Below are positions 35,990 through 44,720 of a stretch of 64,000 bases of DNA, one piece after another. Position 1 is the stretch's first letter. Every line of letters begins with the position of its first letter. This DNA comes from Desulfovibrionaceae bacterium (GTDB taxonomy: Bacteria; Desulfobacterota; Desulfovibrionia; Desulfovibrionales; Desulfovibrionaceae): the NCBI GenBank assembly GCA_031082225.1, contig JAVHLG010000006.1, forward strand, positions 16,467-80,466. Reading direction: 5' to 3'. A program made the translations under genes and the position numbers. The notes under the pieces are model-generated. The model had not been told where the DNA came from, searched no databases, and worked only from the letters and a program-made list of their open reading frames with translations.

Positions 35990-36102
35990 GTTCCAACAGA
36001 CGCCTCGTGCAGACCTACGTGATCCTGGCCGCCGTAACCGTGATCCTTTTCAATCTGCTCCTTTTGATCAACTTTCCGGACTTTTTCAGGGGGCTGCTCT
36101 AG
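35986..36102 (+). CDS. Possible 38-aa hydrophobic micro-protein
   Basis: This ORF falls below the track's size cut-off. Its ATG overlaps the upstream GT stop (ATGA) and its stop lies 2 nt before the next gene. The sequence is MSSNRRLVQTYVILAAVTVILFNLLLLINFPDFFRGLL, with one TM helix. Confidence 0.35.
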   Translation: MSSNRRLVQTYVILAAVTVILFNLLLLINFPDFFRGLL

Positions 36103-36104
36103 CC

Positions 36105-37538
36105 ATGGCGCATTCCATTCTTGATGAACGCCGCACGCTCGTGGAACGACTGGCGACCGTAGCGGAAATTCTGGGCGTCGTGGGGGCGTATGTCCTGGCC
36201 CTGACCCTCTGTCTGCCGCAACATGCCGTGTTGCGCGGGGAGTCCGGCCTGTTCGTCTCCCAGTCCGTGCTGCTGGTCAATCTCCTGGAGCTTCTGGTCC
36301 TGATCGGGGCGCGGCTCAGCCTCAAACGGGACCGCGGGCAGACCGACTGCATCCAGCGCCCCGGGACGCTTCAGAAACTCTGGGCCGCGCGCCGGGAGAC
36401 CCTGCTGTCCGATACGGCCCTGACCGTGCTGTTCTGGCTCGTCTTCCAGGCGCAATCCAGGCCCGTCCTGTTCATCGCCCTGTTCCTGATCCTGGCCCCC
36501 CTGCTGCGTCTCGTCTTCCGTTTTCTGCTCTCCCTGTTGCTGCGCTCGGGCCTGTTGCGGCGCAACACGATCCATCTGCTCATCGTGGGGGCCAATGAAC
36601 GCGGCGCGGAACTGTATCAGGAAAGCCTGGACTATCCGTTCCTCGGCATCTCCGTCGTGGGGGTTGTGGACGATGCCGACCATACCAAGGGGGCGGTCCC
36701 CCTGATCGGAGGCTTAAGCGATCTGGTGCCCATCCTGCGCAAGGAGATCGTGGACGTGGTGGTCATCTGCCTGCCCATCCGGAGCCACTACGACGCCATC
36801 CTGACGGCCATGCAGGACGGCACGAACCAGGGCATCCCGTGCGAATGCCCGGGCTCGTTTTTTCCTCCCAACGCCTGCAAGATGGGCGAGGACGCCGAAG
36901 GACAGCCCATCATCGCCTCCTGTCCGGCGGCGAATTCCTACGACCTGGCCAAACGGGCCTTCGACGTGGCGGCCACCCTGGCGCTCCTGGTCGTCTTTTC
37001 CCCGGTCATGCTCCTGGCCGCCATCCGCATCAAGCTGGAGGACGGGGGGCCGCTTTTCTACGTCCAGCCCAGAATCGGGCTCAACAAGCGCATCTTCAGC
37101 CTCTACAAGTTCCGATCCATGGTCCCGGACGCGGAAAAACGCCAGCCCGCCCTGGAGGGGGCCAACGAGATGGACGGGCCGGTGTTCAAGATCGCCGACG
37201 ACCCCCGGGTGACCAGGGTGGGCCGCTGGCTGCGCAAGTACAACATCGACGAGATGCCGCAACTGATCAACGTGCTGCGCGGCGAGATGAGCGTGGTCGG
37301 CCCGAGGCCCATGTCCCTTCGCGACTACGACCGGCTCAGCGAGGACTGGATACGCCGCCGGTTCACGGTCAAACCCGGCCTGACCTGCTACTGGCAGACC
37401 ATGCCCCATCGCAACGCCATGCGGTTTTCCGAATGGATGACCCTGGACATGCGCTACATTGAAAACTGCAGCCTTTGGGAGGACGTCGCCATATGCCTGC
37501 GGACCATTCCGGCCTTGCTGCGCGGCTCGGGCGTCTGA
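36105..37538 (+). CDS. Polyprenyl glycosylphosphotransferase, large WbaP/EpsB-type
   Basis: I trimmed the start to the ATG at 36105 (MAHSILDERR). It has N-terminal TM helices and a central Rossmann-like region (LLIVGANERG). The C-terminal signature includes YKFRSM, IDEMPQLINVLRGEMSVVGPRP and KPGLTCYWQ. Confidence 0.85.
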   Translation: MAHSILDERRTLVERLATVAEILGVVGAYVLALTLCLPQHAVLRGESGLFVSQSVLLVNLLELLVLIGARLSLKRDRGQTDCIQRPGTLQKLWAARRETLLSDTALTVLFWLVFQAQSRPVLFIALFLILAPLLRLVFRFLLSLLLRSGLLRRNTIHLLIVGANERGAELYQESLDYPFLGISVVGVVDDADHTKGAVPLIGGLSDLVPILRKEIVDVVVICLPIRSHYDAILTAMQDGTNQGIPCECPGSFFPPNACKMGEDAEGQPIIASCPAANSYDLAKRAFDVAATLALLVVFSPVMLLAAIRIKLEDGGPLFYVQPRIGLNKRIFSLYKFRSMVPDAEKRQPALEGANEMDGPVFKIADDPRVTRVGRWLRKYNIDEMPQLINVLRGEMSVVGPRPMSLRDYDRLSEDWIRRRFTVKPGLTCYWQTMPHRNAMRFSEWMTLDMRYIENCSLWEDVAICLRTIPALLRGSGV

Positions 37539-38152
37539 CGGCGGCGACCCTGGCCGCCCTCGTGGTCTGGCTTCCGGCCAGGGCGTGCCTGGGACAGTCC
37601 GTCCTGGAAGACGTCAACGAAAATTCCAAATATTTCCTGCTGACCCTCTCCGGGCTGGCGGGCAAAACGTCCTTTCAAAACGTCCGGGCCATGCTCGTCC
37701 TGGCCGCGTCCCCGCCGGGTTCGATCCACGACTATCTGGTCACCATCAACGGCTGGCCGGAGAGCAACGGGGAAAACACCTTTGTCTGGAACTCCGAGGA
37801 TTCGTACATGGACTCCCTGGCCGGCCGGGTGACCTGCCGCATCGCCAACACCTTTTCCCGATCCCCGAACATCTTCTTTTTCCATCTGAGCCCGGCCCTT
37901 TTCAAACAGGAGGGGATGCTCACCCAGCGCGAGAGCGAACGCATCCGCCAGACGCTTACGGAGGCCCTGCCCACCAAGGTGCAGGCCGTGGCCGGGGAGA
38001 TGACCCTGGACGTCACCGGGCAGCAGGTCACCGGGAAGGTCTGGATGAATGGCTATGATGCCGTGGAAAAGGCCAACATCCGCTATCAGGCGACGTTTCA
38101 CGGGGTGCTGTCCGAAGAGCTCACCGCCACGCTGCGGGGCGGAAAGAAATGA
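37493..38152 (+). CDS. Secreted hypothetical protein
   Basis: The signal-like N-terminus is LTAATLAALVVWLPARACLGQS. No family is recognised. The start is uncertain, and the ORF overlaps the 3' end of the PGT gene. Confidence 0.5.
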   Translation: MPADHSGLAARLGRLTAATLAALVVWLPARACLGQSVLEDVNENSKYFLLTLSGLAGKTSFQNVRAMLVLAASPPGSIHDYLVTINGWPESNGENTFVWNSEDSYMDSLAGRVTCRIANTFSRSPNIFFFHLSPALFKQEGMLTQRESERIRQTLTEALPTKVQAVAGEMTLDVTGQQVTGKVWMNGYDAVEKANIRYQATFHGVLSEELTATLRGGKK

Positions 38153-40203
38153 TGCGCCTGGCGCTTTTCATCGGCCTGTTTGTGGCCCAGTCCCTCCTGG
38201 CCTGGGCCACAAGCCCGGCCCTGGTCCCATCCGGATACGGCGGCGGCGGGCGGTTCACGGCCCTGGCCGTGGACCCGGGCGACCCGCATCTGGTCGTTGC
38301 GGGCTCGGACGTGGCCGGGCTGTTCGTGAGCCGCGACGGCGGGGACTCCTTTGTCCCGCGCGGGGCGGGCCTCCTGGGCCTGGCCGTGGCCGGGCTGGCC
38401 TTCGACCCCGGGCGGCCGGGAACCCTGGCCGTGATGACCGACGAGGGGCTGTATCTGAGCCGCGACGGCGGGGACACCCTTGTCCGCCTGGGGGATATGG
38501 CCTACGGCGACCGCTTTTTCGGTTCCCATCTGCTGGTCCCCCTGGGCGACGACCTTCTGGTCGCCACCCGGTCCCGGGGCGTCTTCCGGGTGGCCTGGCG
38601 GCAGGCCGCGCCCGCCGTGACCCCCCTGCCCGGCCTTGAGGGACGAAAGATCAACAGTCTGGCCCGGCTCGGAAACGATCTTTTCGCGGCCACCCCGGCC
38701 GGGGCCTTTGTGCTGCGCGACGGCCGGTTCGTGGCCGCGAACGCCGGACTCGGGTCCGGAAAAAATCTCACGGACATGGCCGCCACGTCTGCCTCGGGGC
38801 TGTTCGCCGTGGAGGAAAAAACCGGCTTGTGGCGCTACCATGCCGAAAAAAACGCCTGGGAGCGGCCCGGCCCCCTGCCCGACCTGCCCCCCGGGGCCAA
38901 GTCCCCGGCCCGGTTCAAGACCCTGGCCCTGGACCCGGCCTTCCCGGGGCGGGTCTTTCTGGCCACCCACCCGGACTACTGGCCCTATCTGTTGTTCGTC
39001 TCCGAGGACGGAGGCCGACGCTTTTCCCCGGTCACGGCGTTCGCCCTGGCCCCGGACGGCCCGCCCAACTATCCCACGGGCCTGGAATCGGTGGAGGCCC
39101 TGGCCGTGGCCCCGGACGGGAAAACCGTCTTTGCGGCCGACTGGTGGAACCTGTGGAGAAGCCGGGACGGCGGCGACCGCTTCGAGCAACGGCACACGGG
39201 GCTGCAAAACACGGTGGTCAACGCCCTGGCCCCCGTCCCCGGCCAGCCGGAGGCCATCCTGGCGGCCACGGCCGACAACGGGCTCATGGCCTCGCCGGAC
39301 GCCGGGGCGACCTGGGCCAGGGACATGGCCGGGGTGGCCGACGGCCACGTCAAGGACATCCGCATAAGCCCCTTTGACCCGGCCAAGCGCTATCTTTTGG
39401 CCGAGCCCTGGAAGCCCGGCCACGCCCCCGGCAGCGTCACCCTGCACCTGTACCGCAGCCTGGACGGCGGGGCATCCTGGCAGGCCCTGCCGGTCACGGT
39501 TGCGGCCCGGCCCCTGCCCGGGGCCTTCGCCAGCGGCCGCCCCACCCTTTTGGTCATCGATCCGGCCAACGACGACGCGGTCATGCTCGGCACGGGCGGG
39601 CACGGCCTGTTCCGGGTGGACGTCCCGGCCCTGGCCCGGGGCGAGGGGCCAGCCGCCGTGACGGACATCGGGCGCGGCCTGCCCCGGCCCGTCTTTTTCG
39701 GCCCCCAGAGCCTTGTGGCCTTTGCGGAGAAACCGGGCCTTTTGGTGGCGGCCACCGTGTCCGGGGGGATATGGCGCAGCCTGGACGGCGGCCGCTCCTG
39801 GGCGACGGCCACGGCCCCGGGGCTTTTCGTGTTCTGCCTGGCCGCCGATCCCGCCCGGCCCGGGCATCTTGTGGCCGGACTGCCGGAAAAACGCCTGCTG
39901 GAGAGCCGGGACTACGGGGCCACCTGGAAGGAGCGCACCCTGCCCGGGGAGCGGCCGCCGCACATCGCCGTCCAGGCCATGGCCTTCGACCCGGCCCGGC
40001 CGGGGCTTATGGCCGTGGGCACCTCGGCCTACGACAACAAGGCGGCGGATGGGCTGTACGTCAGCCGCGACAGCGGCGCGACCTTCTCCCGGGTCGCAAC
40101 GGATACGGCCCAGGTAGGCGTCACGGCCATCTCCCCCGGCCCGGGCGGCCTGTGGGTCGGCTTCAACGGCCTGGGGCTGTGGCGTCTGCCGGACGGGCGG
40201 TAA
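38149..40203 (+). CDS. Secreted Asp-box (BNR) repeat beta-propeller protein, probably a double propeller
   Basis: It has a signal peptide (MMRLALFIGLFVAQSLLAWA). Nine Asp-box-like motifs are present: SRDGGDSF, SRDGGDTL, SEDGGRRF, SRDGGDRF, SPDAGATW, SLDGGASW, SLDGGRSW, SRDYGATW and SRDSGATF. Confidence 0.75.
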   Translation: MMRLALFIGLFVAQSLLAWATSPALVPSGYGGGGRFTALAVDPGDPHLVVAGSDVAGLFVSRDGGDSFVPRGAGLLGLAVAGLAFDPGRPGTLAVMTDEGLYLSRDGGDTLVRLGDMAYGDRFFGSHLLVPLGDDLLVATRSRGVFRVAWRQAAPAVTPLPGLEGRKINSLARLGNDLFAATPAGAFVLRDGRFVAANAGLGSGKNLTDMAATSASGLFAVEEKTGLWRYHAEKNAWERPGPLPDLPPGAKSPARFKTLALDPAFPGRVFLATHPDYWPYLLFVSEDGGRRFSPVTAFALAPDGPPNYPTGLESVEALAVAPDGKTVFAADWWNLWRSRDGGDRFEQRHTGLQNTVVNALAPVPGQPEAILAATADNGLMASPDAGATWARDMAGVADGHVKDIRISPFDPAKRYLLAEPWKPGHAPGSVTLHLYRSLDGGASWQALPVTVAARPLPGAFASGRPTLLVIDPANDDAVMLGTGGHGLFRVDVPALARGEGPAAVTDIGRGLPRPVFFGPQSLVAFAEKPGLLVAATVSGGIWRSLDGGRSWATATAPGLFVFCLAADPARPGHLVAGLPEKRLLESRDYGATWKERTLPGERPPHIAVQAMAFDPARPGLMAVGTSAYDNKAADGLYVSRDSGATFSRVATDTAQVGVTAISPGPGGLWVGFNGLGLWRLPDGR

Positions 40204-40215
40204 GGAGGGACACGC

Positions 40216-42423
40216 ATGACACACAGACCCGTGCTCGGCGTGCTCGTCTCCACCCTGGCCGTCGGCGGGGCCGAGCAACTCCTTTTGGAGCTGTTGCGCC
40301 GCCTGGACCAGGGCCGCTTCGAGCCGCGCCTGTACTGTCTGCGGGAACCCGGCCCCATCGGACAGGAGATCGCGGCCCTGGGCGTCCCGGTCAGGTCCGG
40401 CCTGGGGGGCGGACCTCTGCGTACCATATGCCGCCTGCGCCGGGTCTTTCGCCAGGACCGCCTGGACGCCCTTTTGCTCATCAACCACCGCAACTGCCTG
40501 TTTTACGGCCTGCCCGCCGCCCGGCTGGCCGGGGTGCGGGCCGTCGTCAACTGGCAAAACGAGACCTTCAAGCGACACAGCCACCACGAACTCTACATGC
40601 TCGCCCGCCGGGGCGTGGTCTGGGGCCTGGACGCCCTGACGGCGGCCTCCAGGGGCCATGCCGGATACCTCGTGACGGTGGAGGGCGTGCCGGTGCGCAA
40701 GGTGCTGGCCATCCAAAACGGCGTGGATGCGGCGGCCTTTCGCTCGGAATTGTCGCCACAAGAGGCCCGGCGGCGTCTTGGCCTCCCCGGGGACGCGCCC
40801 ACCGTCGGGATCATCGCCGCCCTGCGCCCGGACAAGGCCCACGAGGTGTTTTTGCAGGCCGCTGCCCAGGTGACGGCCGTGGCCGCTGCCCGAATGACAG
40901 CCGTGGCCGCCGCCGTCCGCTTCCTGGTCGTCGGCGACGGGCCACAGCGCGCCTTCCTGGAGGACTTGGCCGACCGGCTGGGCCTTGGCGGCCAGGTGCG
41001 GTTTCTGGGATTTCGACGCGACGTGCCCGACATCCTGGCCGCCCTGGATCTGGCTGTTTTGTCCTCCGACCCCCAGCAGGAGACCCTGTCCGTGGCCGCC
41101 CTGGAGGCCATGGCCGCCGGGGTGCCCATGGTCGCCACAAGGGTGGGCTTTATGGACGAGATTGTCCGCGACGGGGTGACCGGCCGTCTGGTTCCGCCCC
41201 GCGATCCCGAGGCCCTGGCCGGGGCCATGCTGGACCTTCTTGGCGACGACGCGGCGCGGCGGGAGATGGGACGCCGGGCCAGGGCCCTGGTGGGCCAGGG
41301 CCACACGCTTTCGGGCATGGCCCGGGGCTTCGAGAATCTTTTCACCGAGATTTTGGCCGGACGGCCGCCACGGCAAAACCTGTGCCCCCTGTCCCAGCGG
41401 CGGGTGAGCCTTGGGCTGTACTGGGCCGAGACGGGACAGTGGCGGCTTCTGCACCTGCTGCGTCGGGATCTGGCCGCCGTGGAATATGTCCGTCTGGGCG
41501 ACCGCACCCGACGCGTCCTGGCCCGGCTGGGCCGCCTGTCGGCCTGGGCCTCGGCCGCGTGTCTGGCCGTGAAGCAGGTCGCGCGCGCCTGGCGAAGCGA
41601 CGCGGTCCTGTCCTGGGCCCTGCCCCTTGGGGTCTGCACCGGGCTTCTTTTGCGGTTTGTGCCGCCCCGGTTGCGGCCGGTCCATGTGCTCCGGGACTTC
41701 CACCTGAACCTCTCCCGCACGGACGCGGCCTACCGCCTGCGGCTGGCCGTGTTGCGCCTGGCCCTGCCCGGCATCGACGCCCTGTGGTGCACCTCCGAGG
41801 CGGAGCGCACGCTCTACGCCGACATGCTCGGGCTGCCCGAGACGGCCGTGTCCTTTTATCCGGACGAGCCGCCCAGCCAGTACCTGGAACTGCCGGACGT
41901 TCCGTGCCAGGGGTATGTCTTTGCCTACGGCAACAGCGACCGGGATTTCGAGAGCCTTGTGGCCGTGGCCGATGCAATTGGCCGGGAGGTGGTGATCCTG
42001 AGCCAGTCCTTCGCCTTCCCCGAGCCCCTGCCCGCCAATGTGCGGGCCATGCGCTCCAGGGTGTCCGAGGCGGAGATGGTGGGGCTTTTGCAGGCCGCGG
42101 CCGTGGTGGTGGTGCCCACCAGGGACCGCCGTCTGGCCGCAGGGCAAAACGGGCTGTTGGAGTCCATGGCCCTGGGGCGGCCGGTGGTGGCGGCGGCCAA
42201 TGTGGCGGTTTTGGAATACGCCGGGCACGGGGAGGAGGCGCTTTTCTACGAGCCCGGGGATCGGGAAGGCCTGCTGCAGGCGGTGCGGGCCGTGCTGGAC
42301 GATCCGGACGAAGCCCGGGAGATGGGACGGCGGGCCCGGGAGCGGTGTCGCCGGATGCTGGCCGAGCAACCGTTCCGGTTTCTGGCCCTGTTATCCAAAG
42401 CGATCCGGCTGGCGGGGAAGTGA
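40216..42423 (+). CDS. Two-domain glycosyltransferase: an N-terminal GT4 unit plus a second GT-B-like C-terminal unit
   Basis: The N-terminal half has VLVSTLAVGGAEQLL and ETLSVAALEAMAAGVPMVATRVG. The C-terminal half has GQNGLLESMALGRPVVAAANVAVLEY. Confidence 0.8.
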   Translation: MTHRPVLGVLVSTLAVGGAEQLLLELLRRLDQGRFEPRLYCLREPGPIGQEIAALGVPVRSGLGGGPLRTICRLRRVFRQDRLDALLLINHRNCLFYGLPAARLAGVRAVVNWQNETFKRHSHHELYMLARRGVVWGLDALTAASRGHAGYLVTVEGVPVRKVLAIQNGVDAAAFRSELSPQEARRRLGLPGDAPTVGIIAALRPDKAHEVFLQAAAQVTAVAAARMTAVAAAVRFLVVGDGPQRAFLEDLADRLGLGGQVRFLGFRRDVPDILAALDLAVLSSDPQQETLSVAALEAMAAGVPMVATRVGFMDEIVRDGVTGRLVPPRDPEALAGAMLDLLGDDAARREMGRRARALVGQGHTLSGMARGFENLFTEILAGRPPRQNLCPLSQRRVSLGLYWAETGQWRLLHLLRRDLAAVEYVRLGDRTRRVLARLGRLSAWASAACLAVKQVARAWRSDAVLSWALPLGVCTGLLLRFVPPRLRPVHVLRDFHLNLSRTDAAYRLRLAVLRLALPGIDALWCTSEAERTLYADMLGLPETAVSFYPDEPPSQYLELPDVPCQGYVFAYGNSDRDFESLVAVADAIGREVVILSQSFAFPEPLPANVRAMRSRVSEAEMVGLLQAAAVVVVPTRDRRLAAGQNGLLESMALGRPVVAAANVAVLEYAGHGEEALFYEPGDREGLLQAVRAVLDDPDEAREMGRRARERCRRMLAEQPFRFLALLSKAIRLAGK

Positions 42424-42431
42424 TCTAGCAG
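42091..42431 (+). repeat. Direct repeat, left copy (3' end of the glycosyltransferase gene)
   Basis: This 341-bp stretch is repeated at 44374-44714, an offset of 2283 nt. I see only three A/G differences in the coding part, all at synonymous third positions (GAA/GAG, CAA/CAG, AAA/AAG). Confidence 0.9.
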
Positions 42432-42678
42432 GACAGATCACTGTACAAATAGTAACAGTTTCCTGACTCCTTGCTGGACTCGTTTGCAGTTGTATACTCT
42501 TGCAATAATTCCTAACAAGAATTATTTTTCAGGATGTATCCCATGTCTGCAATGAAATAGAAGTATTTTCAAATGGTTGATATTAGTATTCGTACCAGAC
42601 GGTGTCATTTAGACTAACGTATGTCCGGGTCGGCACATATGGTGCTCAAGACGAATCATAAAAAAACGGCCACTTAAT

Positions 42679-43692
42679 ATGGGTAAAAGACAATTTTTTC
42701 TTTTCGTGTTGGCGGTGTTTTCTTTATTCTGTTCGCAACAGGCTCTATCAGCGCCAATCGCCTACAACGCTGATTATTCCGTTGTGAAGCCGTTGCTCTC
42801 CACTCCCCAGGCTGCCGCAGAATACATGACAGCCTACTTTCAATATGAGTCACACTGGGGTTACACGCCGATGTCTCCTTCCGCTTTCAATTCGAGCAAG
42901 CGAGGAGATTGCAAGGATTATGCGACATTTTTTGGCGACATTCTTCTTTATCATTCGTACGCAGTGAAAAAGTATGCTTTCAGATATGATACTGTAAATG
43001 GCTGGAGTCATATCGTTATCATTTTTACAGACACAGATGGAAAGCAATATGTAGCGAGTAACAAAGGCAGCACACAGCGAATATATGGACCTGTCAACAG
43101 TCTCGAAGAAGCGGGAAATCTGCTCCTGGCCGACGGCGTACTGCCGGATGGATCGGTCGCGGACCAATGGCTCAAGTACCCCGCCGATTTCACAGGCCAA
43201 TTGCAGGACTCCAAAGGATTTGTCTATAACGCCGACTACCAAACTGCCACGGCCCAATTTCAGTATTTTCAACACCCGGCCATTTACATGACGGCATTTT
43301 TTTCCCTTGGCCCCCATCCTGGGGAATATGCCTTTCCACCGGAAGAACTCAACCTGCTGAAGTCCGGAGAAGCGAAAGATTTTGCAGTGTTCAGCGCCAA
43401 AAATACAAACTCGGATATCTATTCTTTCAGATGTAACGCCGCGACAAACGCCGGACATGTCATTTCCGTGACTACATACGAGGATAAATACTATTTTCAA
43501 AGCAACCAGTATTTCTTTGGGCCGGTTGACTCCTTTGACGATATGGTGCCCCTCCTCAAGGAGAACAGGCATATCCCTGTAGATTGCGTCGCGGACAGGT
43601 GGCAATCCTATCCATCCACGTATACGGGGCCGTTCCCTGTTGCCAATTCAGTACGATTTAATCCCGTCTCATTGCTCCTCCTGGACAACTAG
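42679..43692 (+). CDS. Secreted protein with two tandem transglutaminase-like cysteine-peptidase (BTLCP/LapG-like) domains
   Basis: It has a signal peptide (FLFVLAVFSLFCSQQALSA). Domain 1 reads RGDCKDYATFF...GWSHIVIIF...ASN. Domain 2 aligns as SGEAKDFAVFS...NAGHVISVT...QSN. The surrounding DNA is AT-rich. Confidence 0.55.
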   Translation: MGKRQFFLFVLAVFSLFCSQQALSAPIAYNADYSVVKPLLSTPQAAAEYMTAYFQYESHWGYTPMSPSAFNSSKRGDCKDYATFFGDILLYHSYAVKKYAFRYDTVNGWSHIVIIFTDTDGKQYVASNKGSTQRIYGPVNSLEEAGNLLLADGVLPDGSVADQWLKYPADFTGQLQDSKGFVYNADYQTATAQFQYFQHPAIYMTAFFSLGPHPGEYAFPPEELNLLKSGEAKDFAVFSAKNTNSDIYSFRCNAATNAGHVISVTTYEDKYYFQSNQYFFGPVDSFDDMVPLLKENRHIPVDCVADRWQSYPSTYTGPFPVANSVRFNPVSLLLLDN

Positions 43693-44189
43693 TGTAATGC
43701 TCCACAAACAAGCATGCACTTCATTTGGCAGAAAGCAGTGTTTTTAAGCCATTGCTTGGTGGCCACGACCGCAATATAATGCCTATCTATTTTTGGAACG
43801 CGACACTAGTGTCGTATCCTTGAAATACGCATGTGCGGATTTCTAAAATAAAAGTCTGAAACTATTGTTTATTTCAAAAACTGGCATTTTTCAAGTGGCG
43901 TGACACTAGCGCGTGAGCCCCCCTATACCTGAGAGGCCGTAGCAACCGGAAAGAGGATGCGTAGGTTCTCCACTCATTGCCAAGCAAAAAGACGAACCAT
44001 GCGCTTTTTTGGTTGCATTTTCCTGTTGTTCATATTGGTTCCTGGTGCCCGGTTGGATTTCCCACTAGCCTCGTCTTCGGACAAAATTCGGGATAAACGG
44101 CCCCTAAAGGAGAAGCCCCGATGAAAGTGACGGCGTGTCCGGATCGGACATGCCGGGGACGCTGGCGTTTTCGGGCCGCATCCGCCGCC

Positions 44190-44373
44190 GTGTCTACTCC
44201 CTGGCCCGGCTCCAGGGCAGGACCATGCCCAGGCACCAGCGTATCTCCGTATCCCGTGAAAGGGACAGGCTCCCCAGAAAAAAACCGCCCCGAAGGACAG
44301 GGCCGCCGCCGGAAAGGCCCACACCACGGGAAGCCCCAGACCGGCCAGTCCCGCCTTGGCGGCCAAGGGCAGT
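44190..44373 (-). pseudogene. Remnant of a flippase (murJ-like) 3' end
   Basis: It aligns with 46650-46835, the real flippase 3' end, at roughly four-fifths identity by eye, with indels and a frameshift. The peptide ...LSRDTEIRWCLGMVLPWSRAR compares with ...LSRDTEIRWCLGMVLPWGRAR. Confidence 0.75.
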
Positions 44374-44706
44374 CAGGCCGCGGCCGTGGTGGTGGTGCCC
44401 ACCAGGGACCGCCGTCTGGCCGCAGGGCAAAACGGGCTGTTGGAGTCCATGGCCCTGGGGCGGCCGGTGGTGGCGGCGGCCAATGTGGCGGTTTTGGAAT
44501 ACGCCGGGCACGGGGAGGAGGCGCTTTTCTACGAGCCCGGGGATCGGGAAGGCCTGCTGCAGGCGGTGCGGGCCGTGCTGGACGATCCGGACGAGGCCCG
44601 GGAGATGGGACGGCGGGCCCGGGAGCGGTGTCGCCGGATGCTGGCCGAGCAGCCGTTCCGGTTTCTGGCCCTGTTATCCAAGGCGATCCGGCTGGCGGGG
44701 AAGTGA
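44374..44706 (+). pseudogene. Duplicated 3' fragment of the glycosyltransferase gene (right copy of the direct repeat)
   Basis: It encodes the last ~110 aa of the 40216-42423 product. It has no own N-terminal domain, and its upstream end is joined directly to the flippase remnant. Confidence 0.8.
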
Positions 44707-44720
44707 TCGAGCAGTTCAGT

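Noticed and set aside
38098-42369. A very long (1423 aa) minus-strand ORF, together with similar long antisense or out-of-frame ORFs in the high-GC half: 23595-25712(-), 26542-28578(-), 28796-31303(-), 33494-35110(-), 33559-35697(+), 39771-42428(+), 48109-49554(+), 49573-51468(+), 59300-60841(+) and 21783-23066(-).
   Set aside because: Their translations are monotonous Gly/Arg/Pro/Ala/His strings without recognisable motifs. Each lies opposite to, or out of frame with, an ORF that carries clear family signatures. Open reading frames of this kind are expected by chance in DNA this GC-rich.
43797-43816. The recurring motif AACGCGACACTAG (43797 and 57614), related GACACTAG(C/T)G sites (43899, 45243), and the 14-bp palindrome CGACACTAGTGTCG.
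   Set aside because: A 13-nt exact match between two places in a 64-kb window is within chance expectation (tens of such pairs). Several other CTAG hits are simply TAG stop codons. The palindrome at 43803-43816 may be real but has no supporting context.
44356-44706. The 116-aa ORF as an independent small glycosyltransferase gene.
   Set aside because: It is the duplicated C-terminal third of the second GT domain of the 40216-42423 product. It lacks the rest of the fold. Its first codons derive from the junction with the flippase remnant. I treat it as a recombination remnant.
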